Shown: positions 29,811 through 44,285, counted from the stretch's first letter. The stretch is DNA of 64,000 nucleotides from Eledone cirrhosa (GCA_964016885.1 OZ024743.1:1736001-1800000), one strand, 5' to 3'. Numbers and translations are program-made. The notes: generated from the sequence alone by a model not told the origin.

Positions 29811-30536
29811 ACATCAAGTCCTTATCAAAGCAGATTGTCCAATCATTGAGTTCCAAATAACAACTTGTCAAATGCACTGGACAGGACATATCGTCCGCAT
29901 AAAAGAAAGCAGGAGCCCGAAGCAACTGTTTTACAGTGAGCTCCATCTTGGAAAAAAGCCTCAACTTAAACCGAAAATGAGGTTCAGGAACAGCATCAAA
30001 ATATAGACAACTGGGAGGTGACAGCTCTAAATAGGACTGATTGGAGAAAGCGCATAAAGGGCAGTTGCAAAACCTTTGAGGAATGTCGTCTAGAACATAA
30101 ACAACTGAAGCGTCAGCTCAGGAAGGGCTGTGCTCACAACCTTGATGAAGTCATCAGTATTTAGACCTGTAATTTATGTCAGGTCAGCATGTACTCCTCT
30201 CAAAGGCTGGTTATGTTAATCACCTGAAATCACATGAAAGGATAACCACCTGCAGAACCAGTCAACAAAGACCTGGCGAAACAACGTGCGTAGAACTAGT
30301 TCCGGACTAAAAAAAGCACATGGTGGTACATAAAGATTGTGTCTCACAGGGTGACACCACTGGTTCGGTGGAAAGCACAACTCCCTTCTGTCACCTGTGT
30401 CGTAAACCATGAAGATCTACAACTGGTCTACAAAGTCATCTACGAAGTCACGGACGCAGATGGGATGATAACGAAGAATCAATAAGAGACGGCAATCGTC
30501 TGTGAAGACGCTGCAATCCTCATGTATGTATGTATG
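29805..30536 (+). mobile_element. RTE/BovB-like LINE 3' fragment with C2H2-like remnants and a (TATG)n tail
   Basis: HWTGHIVRIKESRSPKQLFYSEL..KPKMRF; C..C...LQSHLRSH. Confidence 0.7.
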
Positions 30537-31986
30537 TCAAGTCGTTCTTCAGCGCTACTGGTAATATGTAATCCAGTACAACCTGTGCATGGTCCGGTCG
30601 TCGGTGACTAAATCGATAACCCCGCCAAGCTTGCTAAGGGAGGAGGGTGATTTTGGACACCCTGCGGGATGAAAAACAAGACCCATCAACGGCCATCCAA
30701 TAAAGATTTTTTTTTTTGTGGAGCAAGAGACTCCTAGTCTTCATTAAGACATCTCTCTAGGAGAAGGTCACTCTGATATAAAACCTGCGACTTTCCTCAC
30801 TTAAAAAAGCTTCAATCTCTGGCATCGCTTGATATGTGACATTGTTTGCGAGCGGTGCATGGTATGGCTGGCCATAGACAAGTCCCTAACAGGACTAAAA
30901 TCTACGTCCGTCATGCTTAAGTATCAAGCGATGGCATTACTCAAAATCGAGTTACAGCCATCATCATCATGTATCTGTGAATAGTAGTCACTGCAAGGAT
31001 ATAGAGAAACCACGTAATATGAGGGTTACAGCCTGATGACGTTCGTTACACCAGTATCAATAATTAGTATATATTTGGATGCTGTTATGCTGGGACTGTT
31101 TGGGATATAGTTCTGAAGAAACATGGTTAGTTTTACTTTATGTCTAAATGTTTAATGTGGTATGTACCTGGTAGGTCAAGTTGACTTGAGGTATATAGAC
31201 AGTCTTTCATAATTTTCATCGCCTCAGAATAGTAAATAATCTAGATTAGATCAGAGGCTATTAATTTGAAGGACGTAGAATTTCTTTTCAGAAAACTGAT
31301 TCCATTGAAGTTAAGGAATACATTTTCACAATGGGTGAATGCATACTAATTTCCAATTCTCATCATGTTCAACAACTTCAAACACGTTCTTTCAAAGCAA
31401 ACAATTCTCGAATTTCAGTCAGAATATATTAATAATCGTTTGCTCCTAAATATTTTGAATTTCATTGACTTCCATCGAAGTCAATCACACGTAGGCTGGC
31501 TAGTGTTTGCTTCTCCATACATTATTGAAAACCTCGTTAATGCATCTAGCATGAACATTTTAGAATTTTCCAATATGATTGTTATTTGGTGGAGATATAA
31601 TTGATTGATTGAGTAACAAACAAACCTGCTCTGAACAACAGAATGATGAACTCTGAACAGTTTAACATTCATTTTTCTATTATACATAGTTCAAGGAGAC
31701 AACAAACAGAGGTACAAAAGGTCTTATTAGTTTCACACTTTATATGGAAAAGGAGAAAGAAAGGTTGACGTGTCGGGTTTTAGTCCTTCTTCAGGAGTAC
31801 AAAGTTAGAGAGAAAATCACAAAGGAGATACAGAAATAAAGGAGTCCAAGTAAAGAAAAAAAATCGAATATATATATAGTTTCGTTGACAAATATATCAA
31901 TATGCCCAGACACGCAGATATATTGCCCTTGGTATGACAGTGTGGTTTTAGCTCAATGTAGGATAATTAGTATACTACAGAGCCGT

Positions 31987-32331
31987 TATAGTTATAGGAA
32001 TAACCAAAGAGTGCTTAGAAATACATTGTTTTATTAACTAACAGTGTTTCATCCATACACCATGGCAGGAATCATCAGAGCCTATAAACAAGAGTATATC
32101 AATAGTTGCATGCTCCATCGAGCTGCGTCACCAGAACAAGGTTAAAGGACCAGTAGGGGGTCCCGAGGCCAGCGCTATATGGAAAAAGACTTTTTCCATA
32201 TAGCTCGATGGAGCATGCACCTATTGATATACTCTTGTTTATAGGCTCTGATGATTCCTGCCATGGTGTATGGATGAAACACTGTTAGCTAATAAAACAA
32301 TGTATTTCTAAGCACTCTTTGGTTATTCCTA

Positions 32332-32339
<8 letters not shown>
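31987..32339. mobile_element. Inverted pair of HHR-bearing terminal repeats with a nested junction hairpin
   Basis: Arms 31987-32124 and 32202-32339; + arm reads gct-CTGATGA-..-GAAAC-act-GTT-agc (32245-32289). Confidence 0.8.
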
Positions 32340-32369
<30 letters not shown>

Positions 32370-32373
<4 letters not shown>

Positions 32374-32671
32374 CAATATCGGAGAAAGCTTTTTAACGAT
32401 ACTCCGGCCAAATTCCAACTCACTCAACAAACATTAGGAAATAAGTGATTATATTCCCAATTATGCGTTCGGGGTGCTAACTAAAAGTATTGCGTGGAAA
32501 ATTGGTTGTATTATTTCATGAGATATATCGAATATATCTCTTCCCAGGGACGTCTCGTTTTATTATAGGATTCCTACAATTTGGGTGAAATTATACCAAT
32601 TTATGTAGGAGCTTGCATACCATCAATTGATATATATTCAAGTGGGCTCCTATAATTCATCAGTGGGTGCC

Positions 32672-32672
<1 letters not shown>
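32370..32672 (+). repeat. Unclassified dispersed repeat (~300 bp); other copies at 40455-40757 and, partially, 41150-41240
   Basis: ggagaaagctttt..gatactccggccaaat..cagtgggtgccc is shared. Confidence 0.85.
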
Positions 32673-32713
<41 letters not shown>

Positions 32714-32792
32714 AAGTATGACCCCGACGGCAGAGCTCAAGCCGTTTCGACGGCTATTTCTGGACTGCGATATATATATATATATATATGTA

Positions 32793-32904
<112 letters not shown>

Positions 32905-32923
32905 GTATATATATATACGTATT

Positions 32924-34240
<1,317 letters not shown>

Positions 34241-34261
34241 GAACGAGAAAGAGAGAGATAG

Positions 34262-34310
<49 letters not shown>

Positions 34311-34311
34311 T

Positions 34312-34874
34312 GTTTCTTTTTATTTGCCACCAGGGCATCAAAAAGTGGGACAAGTACAATGGGGGGAGTTTACATGAAAAGGCGAGTAAAGAAAATATAT
34401 AACAAATATAAAATTAACAATAAACTTAACAATAAGTCCTCAATAGGGAGGGGGCGTTTGCCCCCCCCCCCCCCCCGAAAAAAGTGTACAACCCCTTCTC
34501 CTCAGGAGCACAGAGAGAGGGTGCTCCCTCGTTCCTTCCTCTTCTCCACCTACAGGCTTATGTAAAGAGAAGGCCCATTCACACGGGCCATTCTCGCCAC
34601 TTTCACCCACCTTTCATAAAAACGACTGGGGTGGAGCACCTCTCTCTCCATCCTGATCCTTCTTCCGAAATGATATCAGAAGAAACGGACCAGTTGTTGG
34701 CCAGAGAGAAAGGTGTCTGACTTCAGTCCTTTCAGACGCGTCCACCATACAACCTCTTTCGCCATGGCTATTACGCACAGAAACACCGCCTCTCCTTCGT
34801 TTTTGAAGAGGGGAGGCGGCTTGATCGTTACAATAGACTCGGTGGTCAACCGGATCGGTCCCACCCTTGAGAGC

Positions 34875-34918
<44 letters not shown>

Positions 34919-36090
34919 TGTTTCTTTATTAGCCACAGGGGCACAAAAGAAGGAGACAAATACAAAGGAGGAAGTTTACATACAATAAAAACGTGTAAAA
35001 TGTTATCACAAATGCAATTAAAAAAGTTAGTCGATTTTCCCCAATAGAGGGAGACAGTTTATATGGGTAACATATACCCCCGAAAAAATGTGCAACCCTC
35101 ATCTCCAGGAGTACGAAGAGTTTGTACTCCTTTCCTCTCCTCCTCCTTTTCCTCAACCTACAGGCTGATATAGAGAGAAGGCCCATTCACTCGGGCCATT
35201 CTCGCCACTTTCACCCACCTTTCATAAAACTTGCTGGGGTACAGCACCTCTCTCTCCATCCTGATTCTTCTTCCAAAGTGGTATTTGAAAAAAAAGAATC
35301 AGTTGTTGGCCGGAGAGAAAGGTGTCTGAACTCAGCCCTTTCAACCTTGTCCACCATACAACCTCTTTCGCCATAGCTATCACACAAAGGAAAACCGCCT
35401 CTCCTTCGTTTTTGAAGGAGGGTGGCGGTTTGATCATGACAATAGACTCGGTGGTCAACCGGATTGGTCCCACCCGCAACAATAGTCGTTCTACATAGCC
35501 CTACAGGTCAGTGACGCCCGGGCAGTGTATGAATGCGTGCGCGACGGTTTCTTCGTCTCGCACGCACCTCGGACAGATCTTTTTTGCAGGGTCCCTGCCC
35601 GGGCGCCCATGTCTGTAGAGCTTGTCTCGAACTGGTAGAGCTCCTCGGTAACACTGCCAGGCCAGGGACTTTTAGAAGTTGTCCATCGGTTCCGGGCGGA
35701 AGGTCCTACCGTACAGACTGGCCAGTTCATCTTCCTCTACGCCTAGAGTTTCACCGAGCGCGTCGTCGCACTTGCTGCGGACCAACCCTCTATAGAATGA
35801 CGAAGTGGAGTCTCCACTGATCGCCGGGTCCGCCTGCCAGAGGGCTGTGAGCGCCTGAGCACATTCGATGTGCCAGTCGCCCATTTTCCTCGGTCTTTGC
35901 TTGACCCAGGACTGCAGCTCGGTCAGCGAGACGAGTCGTGGGAAGGCTCGCCTCACGAACGGGGCCCACACCGGTTGTCCGGTGAGGAATACGTAGATAG
36001 ATATATTTCTTTATTAGCCACAGGGGCACAAAAGAAGGGGACAAATACAAAGGGGGAAGTTTACATACAATAAAAACGTGTAAAATGAAT
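34312..36090 (-). mobile_element. Three stacked 3' fragments of a Tx1-like LINE, each ending in (TATC)n
   Basis: 3' ends gtggc(t/a)aataaagaaa at ~34312, ~34919 and ~36003; repeated RVGPIRLTTESIV..AMAKEVVWWTR coding remnant. Confidence 0.75.
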
Positions 36091-36290
36091 ACGTAGATAG
36101 ATAGATAGATAGATAGAAATAAAGAGAGAGAAAGCAAGAAAGAGAGAGAGAGAGAGTGAGAGAGAGAAAGCGAGCGAGAGAGAGAGAGAGAGAGAGAGGG
36201 AGTGAGAGAGAGAGCGTGAGAGTGAGAGAGAGAGCGAGTGAGAGAGAGCGTGAGAGAGAGAGTGAGAGAGAGAGCATGAGAAAGAGAGAG

Positions 36291-36353
<63 letters not shown>

Positions 36354-36364
36354 TCATATAGATA

Positions 36365-36450
36365 GACTATTGGCAGTATCGGTAGAAGGTCGGACGCCAT
36401 GCTTTGACGCATAGAGTTATGGCCCTTGCCATTCTGAGTTCAGATCCCAC
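36365..36450 (+). mobile_element. SINE head fragment
   Basis: attggcagtatcggtagaaggtcggacgccatgc..gagttcagatccc. Confidence 0.75.
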
Positions 36451-36486
36451 AGGGGCCCACGGTAGCATTGCAAGAGCCCACAGTAG

Positions 36487-37075
36487 CATTTCTCACTCTT
36501 AGTACGGCTGATACTTAAATATAAGTATGTATACGTACATACATATATGTATACAGACGTACAGTAGTATGTATATATATACATACATGCACACATATAT
36601 ATATGTACGTATGGGTTTACAGAACATTTATTATAATGTTCGGTTTGTTTGTAAACAAACCGCCCGAATTAAGCCGTACAGTGTTAGGCAACCATCGCTG
36701 CCCTATTTGTTCAACACTGACAAAAGAACGCTGAACTAGTTTCTAGCTTCTTAGCTGTCATCAGCACCGTATACCTTCCTGTCAATCGATTGAACGTTTG
36801 AAAGTATATACTTTCCGTATGCATATTAACGGCTAAGTAGCCTAATTTGCATATCGAGTGAGTTAGTCGGCCGGGCGTACCGAAAATGGTAAATGGAAAA
36901 AATGAAATTGAAATTTCATTTCTCACTCTTAGTATAAACAAACCGAACATTATAATAAATGTTCGGTAAACCCATACGTACATATATATATATATGTGTA
37001 CATGTATGTAAGTATATACATACTTCTGTACGTCTGTATACATATATATATGTACGTATACATACTTATATTTAT
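36487..37075 (-). mobile_element. Retrozyme-like element B: 430-bp monomer, 18-bp redundancy and fold-back extension
   Basis: catttctcactcttagta at 36487 and 36917; HHR at 36717-36784 (-); 36933-37075 is an inverted copy of ~36517-36655. Confidence 0.65.
36717..36784 (-). ncRNA. Type I hammerhead ribozyme
   Basis: acggtg-CTGATGA-c agct aaga agct a-GAAAC-ta-GTT-cagcgt; distal tgacagg/ttttgtca pairing. Confidence 0.7.
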
Positions 37076-37087
37076 ATATAGATAGAT

Positions 37088-38890
37088 ATCTTTCTTTGTT
37101 TGCCACAGCTCCGTACAAAAATGGGACATTACAAGACGTGACGGCGGGGGTTTTACATAAAATCTTTAACAATGATAAATAACAACAAACTATATAAAAA
37201 TAAAACAATTGAAATCCTCATTAGGGGGGGGGGGGTAACGCTACTGCGGGGTTGTTTTACACCCCGTGGATAGAACAACCCTCAACACCAGGAACACGTT
37301 TTGTAGGTGTTGATGTCTTCCCTCTGTTTATCTTCCTCAACCTACAGGTTTATATACAGAGAAGGCCCATTCACCCGGGCCATTTTCGTCATATTCACCC
37401 ACCTTTCAGCGAATTTACTGGGGTGTAGCACCTCTCTCTCCACTCTCACCTTCCTTCTGAAGTGGTACTTAAAGAAGGGGATGAGTTGTTATCCGGAGAG
37501 AAAGATTCTTGCCCTCAGTCCTTTTAACCTCGTCCACTATATTATCTCTTTCGCCATAGCCACAAGACAGGGGAAGACCGCCTCTCTTTCATTCTTAAAT
37601 GAAGGCGGCGGGGTGATCCTCACGATAGACTCGGCTGACAACTGGATGTGTCCTACACGTGACAGTAGCTGTTCGACATAATTCCACGGGTCGGTCACCC
37701 CTAGGTACTGAACAATTGCGTGCAGAACGGTTTCGATGTCCTGCTCACATCTTGGACAGGTCCTTTTGGCAGGATATCTGCCAGGACGTCCGTGCCTGTA
37801 GATTTTGTCTCGAACTAGTAGAGTTCCTCGGTAGCACTGCCAGGTCAGAGACCTCTGGAAGTTATCCATAGGTCCTGGACGGAAAGTCCTCCCGAACAGA
37901 CTGGTCAGTTCGTCTTCCTCGATGCCTAGAGTTTCCCCGACAACGTCGTCGCACTTATCCTCCACTAATCCCCTATAGAATGTCGAAGTTGAGTCTCCGC
38001 TGATTGCCGTTTCCGCTTAGTAGAGGGCTGTGAGCGCCTGAAGGCACTTGAGGTGCCAGGCGCCCATTTTCGGGCTTCGCCTGACCCAGGACTGCAGCTC
38101 TGTTAGTGAGACGAGTTGTGGAAGAGCTCGTCTCACAAGCGACAGCCACACCGGTTCGCCGGTCAGGAACACCGGGAGATGGCGTAGCCTCAGCGCGTGT
38201 TTGCGCATCATCAGCCACGGCATGCCCAGCCCTCCGTTAGAAGGGTGTTGACAGCAGATGGATCTCTTCACCAATGGAACCTGTTTCTTCCAGAGGAACT
38301 TGAAGAGTAGGCTTTCCATTTTGGTGAGGTATTCGCGGGGACAAGGCACGACTGTCAAGCGGTAGTAGATGACGGACCGCTATGTAAGTGTTCGCCACAT
38401 CCGCTCGACCTTTCAAGGAGAGTTTGCACTCAGCCCACTTGGGTGAGTGCAAACACCTTCGCCGTGACCTCGTTCCAGTTCTTGCCCACCTGGAGGTCTG
38501 GACCAAACCAGACCCCAAGCAATTTCACCGGTCCTTCCGTCCAGAGTCCAACAACACTGTCAGAAGGCATGAGTTTGCCTCTCCATGTGCCGAGTTGCAA
38601 ACCGACAGTCTTGTTTTGGTTTAGTATTGCTCCTGTCAACGTTTCGTATTTCTGTAATAGGTTGCGGATTACCCCGATGTCCGAGGTTTTCGACACCATT
38701 ACGGTTATGTCGTCGTCATATGCCGACGCTGCTTTTCGCAGTCCTGGTTCGATCGGGATGCCCTGCAACAGTTCCAACTTCCGCAGTAATGGCTCGAGAG
38801 TCAGTACATACAGAATGGAGGAGAGAGGGCACCCCTGACGGATGGAACGCATGATTTGGAATGGTTCCGATAGGTAGCCATTCACCAGAT
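37088..38890 (-). mobile_element. Tx1-like LINE, RT-to-3'-end fragment
   Basis: RSIRQGCPLSSILYVL.LEPL, AYDDDITV, VKLLGVWF, LSLKGR, GGLGMP, CPRC..ETVLH; ends at (TATC)n. Confidence 0.85.
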
Positions 38891-38994
38891 AGATATACAC
38901 GCGCGCACACACACACACGTGCACGCACGCAAACACGCACGCAAACACACACACGTGCACGCACGCACACACACAAACACACACAAACACACAC

Positions 38995-39078
<84 letters not shown>

Positions 39079-39303
39079 GTGAGTGTGAAAAACCAAAGGT
39101 CATTATTGAAAGTCTCTGGATTTCGCAAAATACATAATATTCTTTATTGACGAAAGTAAGATATTTTTCCGCAAAAAGTTGTTTCCACTTAAGTATTTTT
39201 GAAAATGTTATTTATTCATTATAAAAATTAAATGAGAGCATTCTATATGTAGGTGGGTCCCCTTCATCTCCAGGCAACCAGTATTTTTAGACCCAGTCCG
39301 CCA

Positions 39304-39354
<51 letters not shown>

Positions 39355-39356
<2 letters not shown>

Positions 39357-39492
39357 CTTCCTGATGATTTCTCACGAATGAAACAGTTCTAGTCCTGTAG
39401 AAGCTCTTCTATATTAAAAGATTTATACTCTGCTATGTATTGAGTACCTTACTTACTGTGGTTACCTCCGATTCAACCCGGAATAACTTATC
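39355..39492 (+). ncRNA. HHR (39355-39405) within a solo terminal repeat between TA tracts
   Basis: agcttc-CTGATGA-t ttc tcac gaa t-GAAACAG-ttctagtc-CTGTA-gaagct. Confidence 0.75.
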
Positions 39493-39746
39493 TATATATA
39501 TATATAATGCCAATCATTGTAAGTTTGAATCTAACTGACATGCAAAAACACACATATAGGAATAACGTAAGCCCAAATCATAGTACATTCAAATATCACA
39601 GAGAGAAAGTGAGAGAGAGAGAGGGGGAGATAAGGGGGAGAAATGAGATGCAACAGAAATGAAACATGGATTACAGCTTAAAATATAGTCTAAATAGATG
39701 AGAAACAAAACGAGGATGTAGTATATGGAACACCCAAATGATTTAG

Positions 39747-40200
39747 AAGTCGACCTTAAGTAGGAGCAATAACATTAAGAAAGACATGAACGCTGCCACA
39801 TAATTTTGTTTTGAAAATTTTGAAAGTAGGTTTATAAGTATGAATTTTCAGTAGATCTTTTGTAGTTATTTCAGTGGACTAGCGGTAGGTATTAGAGACA
39901 GGGGAGATCTTGGTCTTGGGTTCAATCCTGGTCAAGAGTTACATGTAACCTTTTTCAGTTTTTATTTTACAACCAATAGACAAAAACTGAAAAGGTTTAC
40001 ATGGGACCCTACTCCCGACCAGGATCAAACTTCAGACCAGGATCAGCACCGTCTATGATTCCTCCAACTAGGCCACCGAGACATCTACAAAAGTATAATG
40101 AAAATTAATAATTATAAACCTACTTTCAAAATCAAAGTTAAAAAGATGTGGTGTCGTTCATGGCTTTCCTAGAGCTATTAGTAATATTAAGTGTCGACTT
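39747..40200. mobile_element. Old ~450-bp fold-back element with two convergent tRNA-like heads
   Basis: aagtcgac..ttttgaaagtaggtttataa..gtggactagcgg..ggttcaatcctggtc..ttttcagttttt is mirrored in 39985-40200. Confidence 0.6.
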
Positions 40201-40368
40201 GTCAATCTGCTGGCCCTTTAGTAACAACCTTATTATTCCTATGTGTGTTTAACTGTTGAATTAATTTAATTTGATTATTTTTGCAAACAAATAACATATA
40301 TATATATATATGTTATTTGTTTGCAAAAATAACCAAAATAACCAAAATAACCAAAATAACCAAATTTC

Positions 40369-40455
<87 letters not shown>

Positions 40456-41941
40456 CATTATTGGAGAAAGCTTTTAGCGATACTCCGGCCAAATCCCAAC
40501 TCACTCAACAAACATTAGGAAATAAGTGAGTATATTCCTAATTAAGCGTTCGGGATGCTAACTAATTGTATTGTGTGGAAAATTGGCTGTATTATTTCAT
40601 ATGAGATATATCGAATATATCTCTTCCCAGACGGACGTCTCGTTTCATTTTAAGATTCCTACAATTTGGGTGAAATTATACCAAATTATGTAGAAGCTTG
40701 TATAGGATCAACAGATACCTATTCAAGTGGGCTCTTATAATTCTTCAGTGGGTGCCCAATAACACTAATATGATAATCAAATCAACATCAGTATTTAGCG
40801 ATAATCCCCATCAATGCTTGAGGTATCTGCCAGGTTGCTATTCTAGCAGTTCTAAAGAAATTCTCAAACTGATTCAAAAATGAGAAAGAAGATTACCGCC
40901 AAAAAAACAATACATGCGCAGAACAATGAATTCTAAAAGGAATTCAGGCCACGTGCTAGAACTCAATTGGAATTTGAAAAAATATCCATGTGTGTACATC
41001 GTTTGATGACGCACATAGATATTTTCTCGGGCAAAATAACAGATTGAGATACAAGAAACAATCAATATTCATATATAAAAAATTAACAAAGAGAGTCAAA
41101 CCTTATATCGGGAAGTTCATATCTGTTGCACCAAGAGTAAATAAATAAATACATTATCGGAGAAAGCTTTTAGCGATACTCCGACCAAATCCCAACTCAC
41201 TCAACAAACATTAAGAAATAAGTGAGTATATTCCTAATTAAACCTTATATATATAAATATAATATTAAAATACAAATATTAATAAAATAGATGTTCTTTT
41301 GATCAATTACATATTATACATATTTCGGAGGTACAACAGTACATCCTCATCAGACAAAATATAATGATACATGACATACCCTGTGATGTTAAATGGTTAA
41401 GATTTAATCAAGGTAGTGATTAACCCAAGAGAAAATTCAACATTTATACCCTAATAATGAGAAAATGCGAAAACGTAATAAATTCAATAGAGAATGTGTG
41501 AGTAAGAAAAAACGTTGGTTAATGTGACAGCTATAGAGATTTTAAAATGTAGGATATTACAAGTTATGTTTATTTAGGAAAAGATCTATGTCAGACAATA
41601 AGGAAATCCCCGGTTTATTGCCAGCACACCTACAGCAAAGCACACACCTCATAAATCTTAACCCCAAATACATTTTAGTTGTCATTGTTATATCTCCGCC
41701 ACCTTAACACTATATCTAATGTACCCTATAGCAGTTTTCACATGTCAATTTCATACATCTGTATAATATCAGTTCGTCTAACATGCTAGATTCATCATTG
41801 TACTCTATTTCTTACTTATATTGATGTTATTATTTTAGCTATTCACTATCTAGTTATTTTATTTTATTATTGATATTATTGTTCTGGTTTAATACCACTC
41901 CTGTGTAAAGCCATGCCTTGTGTATATTCTTCACTTTCGCG

Positions 41942-42110
41942 TGCTCCGATGAAAACAACTGGTTATAAACAAAGTATTGGAGATCGATTGACGCAAAATG
42001 AGGCGAGTAGCGAACTCTAGACCTACCAGATCGAAGAAACAATTGTCAGCAATGTGAATAAAACCCTTATTGTATAGCGAACCATGTCACTCTTTTTTCT
42101 TGAATTATAT
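41942..42110 (+). mobile_element. Solo terminal repeat with a long-domain-II HHR (41942-42051), ending at (TA)n
   Basis: tgct-CCGATGA-~83 nt-GAAAC-aatt-GTC-agca; homologous to 6981-7341. Confidence 0.7.
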
Positions 42111-42131
42111 ATATATATATATATGTATATA

Positions 42132-42283
42132 TACTCAGCTGAAAATGAGTACCAGCAATTGCTGGAGGTTTAACCCTGCGATGGACTGGCGTCATATCCA
42201 GGGGGGAGTCTTGTGCTTTCAGTCGCTTCGCCGGGATAAGCACCGGCCAAATGAGCCTTCTGGCTTAAGACAGACTTTAGACT
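42132..42283 (+). mobile_element. 5'-truncated copy of the second SINE family
   Basis: Matches the reverse complement of 7735-7905. Confidence 0.8.
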
Positions 42284-42397
42284 TACGGCCTGCCCGCCCA
42301 GCCAGTGGGATGGCGTCATCGTATGGCTAAAACAGCACATGCTGCGACCAGCGGCGCCGTATGGCGCCCGACAGACTGGTCGGTCAAGGTGATCAAG

Positions 42398-42447
<50 letters not shown>

Positions 42448-42499
42448 GTAGTGCATGTATATATATGCAAGTACATGTGTATATATAGAGTTTTATATA

Positions 42500-43094
42500 T
42501 CTGTATATATATAAAATTAAGTATGTGTGTGAGTGTGTGTGTCTGTGTATTACCTATAGGGGCCTACATCTTACGACCGATTTTCATGAAACTTTACAGG
42601 CTCATAGATTAGTCATCGGGGAGTGTTTGCTATATATCAGCGTATCATTTTTTTTCTATTCCGGGGTCATTCTGCAGATAAAATTCGATAGGGGGGGGGG
42701 GCACCTTTTTTTAGGTATCGAAAAATAAGATTTTTGGCTCTAGCTCCCACATTTTTCAACCGATTTCGTTCAAATTCGAAACTTCGGCTCCACCTCACAC
42801 ATAAATCAATTTACTTGGTTCAACTTTTACACTACGATAGAACCTGTCATTGCACATCTTGTAGTAGCTTTATACTTCGCATTTTTTGTTCAGGGACGGC
42901 GTGGCAGCCGTTTAACTCTTCAAAATACGATTTTTTTCCAACTCCCACATATTCCATACGATTTCACTCAACATTCGCCATTTGCTACACCTTACGACCG
43001 ATTTTCAAGAAACTCGCAGTCGCTCAGATCAACACCTTTTCAGCAAAGCAGATATTATTTTACCTACCCAGGCAATGCTGGGTACTGCTGCTAG
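42500..43094 (+). mobile_element. Non-autonomous Helitron
   Basis: A|TC 5' end (tctgtatatatataaaa), 3' hairpin tacccag-gcaatg-ctgggta followed by CTAG|T; no target-site duplication. Confidence 0.75.
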
Positions 43095-43141
43095 TGTCTA
43101 TATAAAATGTTTTCAACAAAAATCCCTAGGGATCTAATTGA

Positions 43142-43221
<80 letters not shown>

Positions 43222-44046
43222 AATAAGATTTCGCTTCAAGCATAGCTTTATACAACATGTATAGAACTTTCGTATTTCTAAAGGCATACGGTTTTAGGAA
43301 GCTGTAGCTATGTAAACACCGGGGGAGGGGGGTGCTAACGCTCTCTAAGCAAGGGGGACACCTGTCTATGCATTTCAGGCTTGACTGGCTTTCGTCAGGA
43401 CGATCCCTCCCCCGCTTGCGACTGCTGGACTTAAAAAGCCGAGAATATATAGTTTTCTCGTCTGTGCAAATGAGGTGATTAATCTCATTTGCATATGAAG
43501 CTCTATAAGTTGGCTCAACTTATAATAGAAAAGAAATAAGATTTCGCTTCAAGCATAGCTTTATACAACATGTATAGAACTTTCGTATTTCTAAAGGCAT
43601 ACGGTTTTAGGAAGCTGTAGCTATGTAAACACCGGGGGAGGGGGGTGCTAACGCTCTCTAAGCAAGGGGGACAACTGTCTATGCATTTCAGGCTTGACTG
43701 GCTTTCGTCAGGACGATCCCTCCCCCGCTTGCGACTGCTGGACTTAAAAAGCCGAGAATATATAGTTTTCTCGTCTGTGCAAATGAGGTGATTAATCTCA
43801 TTTGCATATGAAGCTCCATAAGTTGGCTCAACTTATAATAGAAAAGAAATAAGATTTCGCTTCAAGCATAGCTTTATACCACAGGGCGTTAGCCCCCCCC
43901 CATCCCCGGTGTTTACATAGCTACGGCTTCCTAAAACCGTATTTCTTTAGAAATACGAAATTTTTATACATATTGTATAAAGCTATGCTTGAAGCGAAAT
44001 CTTATTTCTTTTCTATTATAAGTTGAGCAAGCTAATGCAGCTTCAT

Positions 44047-44094
44047 ATGCAAATGAGATTAATCACCTTATTACACAGACGAGAAAACTATATG
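44047..44094 (+). promoter_or_regulatory. Octamer plus TATA upstream of the HHR
   Basis: ATGCAAAT at 44047 and tatatg at 44089 (tatata in the minus copies, 43446-43451). Confidence 0.5.
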
Positions 44095-44112
44095 TTCTCG
44101 GCTGTTTTCAAG

Positions 44113-44205
44113 TCCAGCAGTTGCAAGCGGGGGGGGGGGATCGTCCTGACGAAGGCCCGTCAAGCCTGAAATGCATAGACAGTTGTCCCCCTTGCTTCTG
44201 CTGGA
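44113..44205 (+). ncRNA. Type I HHR with 1-bp stem III, palindromic TGCA loop and long interrupted stem I
   Basis: tccagcag..aagc..ggggga tc gtc-CTGACGA-aggc ccgtcaa gcct-GAAA-tgca-TA-gac agttg tccccc..gctt ctgctgga. Confidence 0.85.
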
Positions 44206-44285
44206 TACCATCAGAGGGCGTTAGCCCCCCGGTGTTTACATAGTTACAGCTTCCTAAAACCGTATGTCTTTAGAAATACGAAATT

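Noticed and set aside
41316-41360. Minus-strand CTGATGA..GAAA motif (a similar one lies at 31765-31798)
   Set aside because: Stem I or the core is broken; at best these are dead relics, so they were not called.
44063-44080. PSE element (tcaccttatt) between octamer and TATA
   Set aside because: Only weak resemblance to the vertebrate PSE, and not clearly present in elements A and B.
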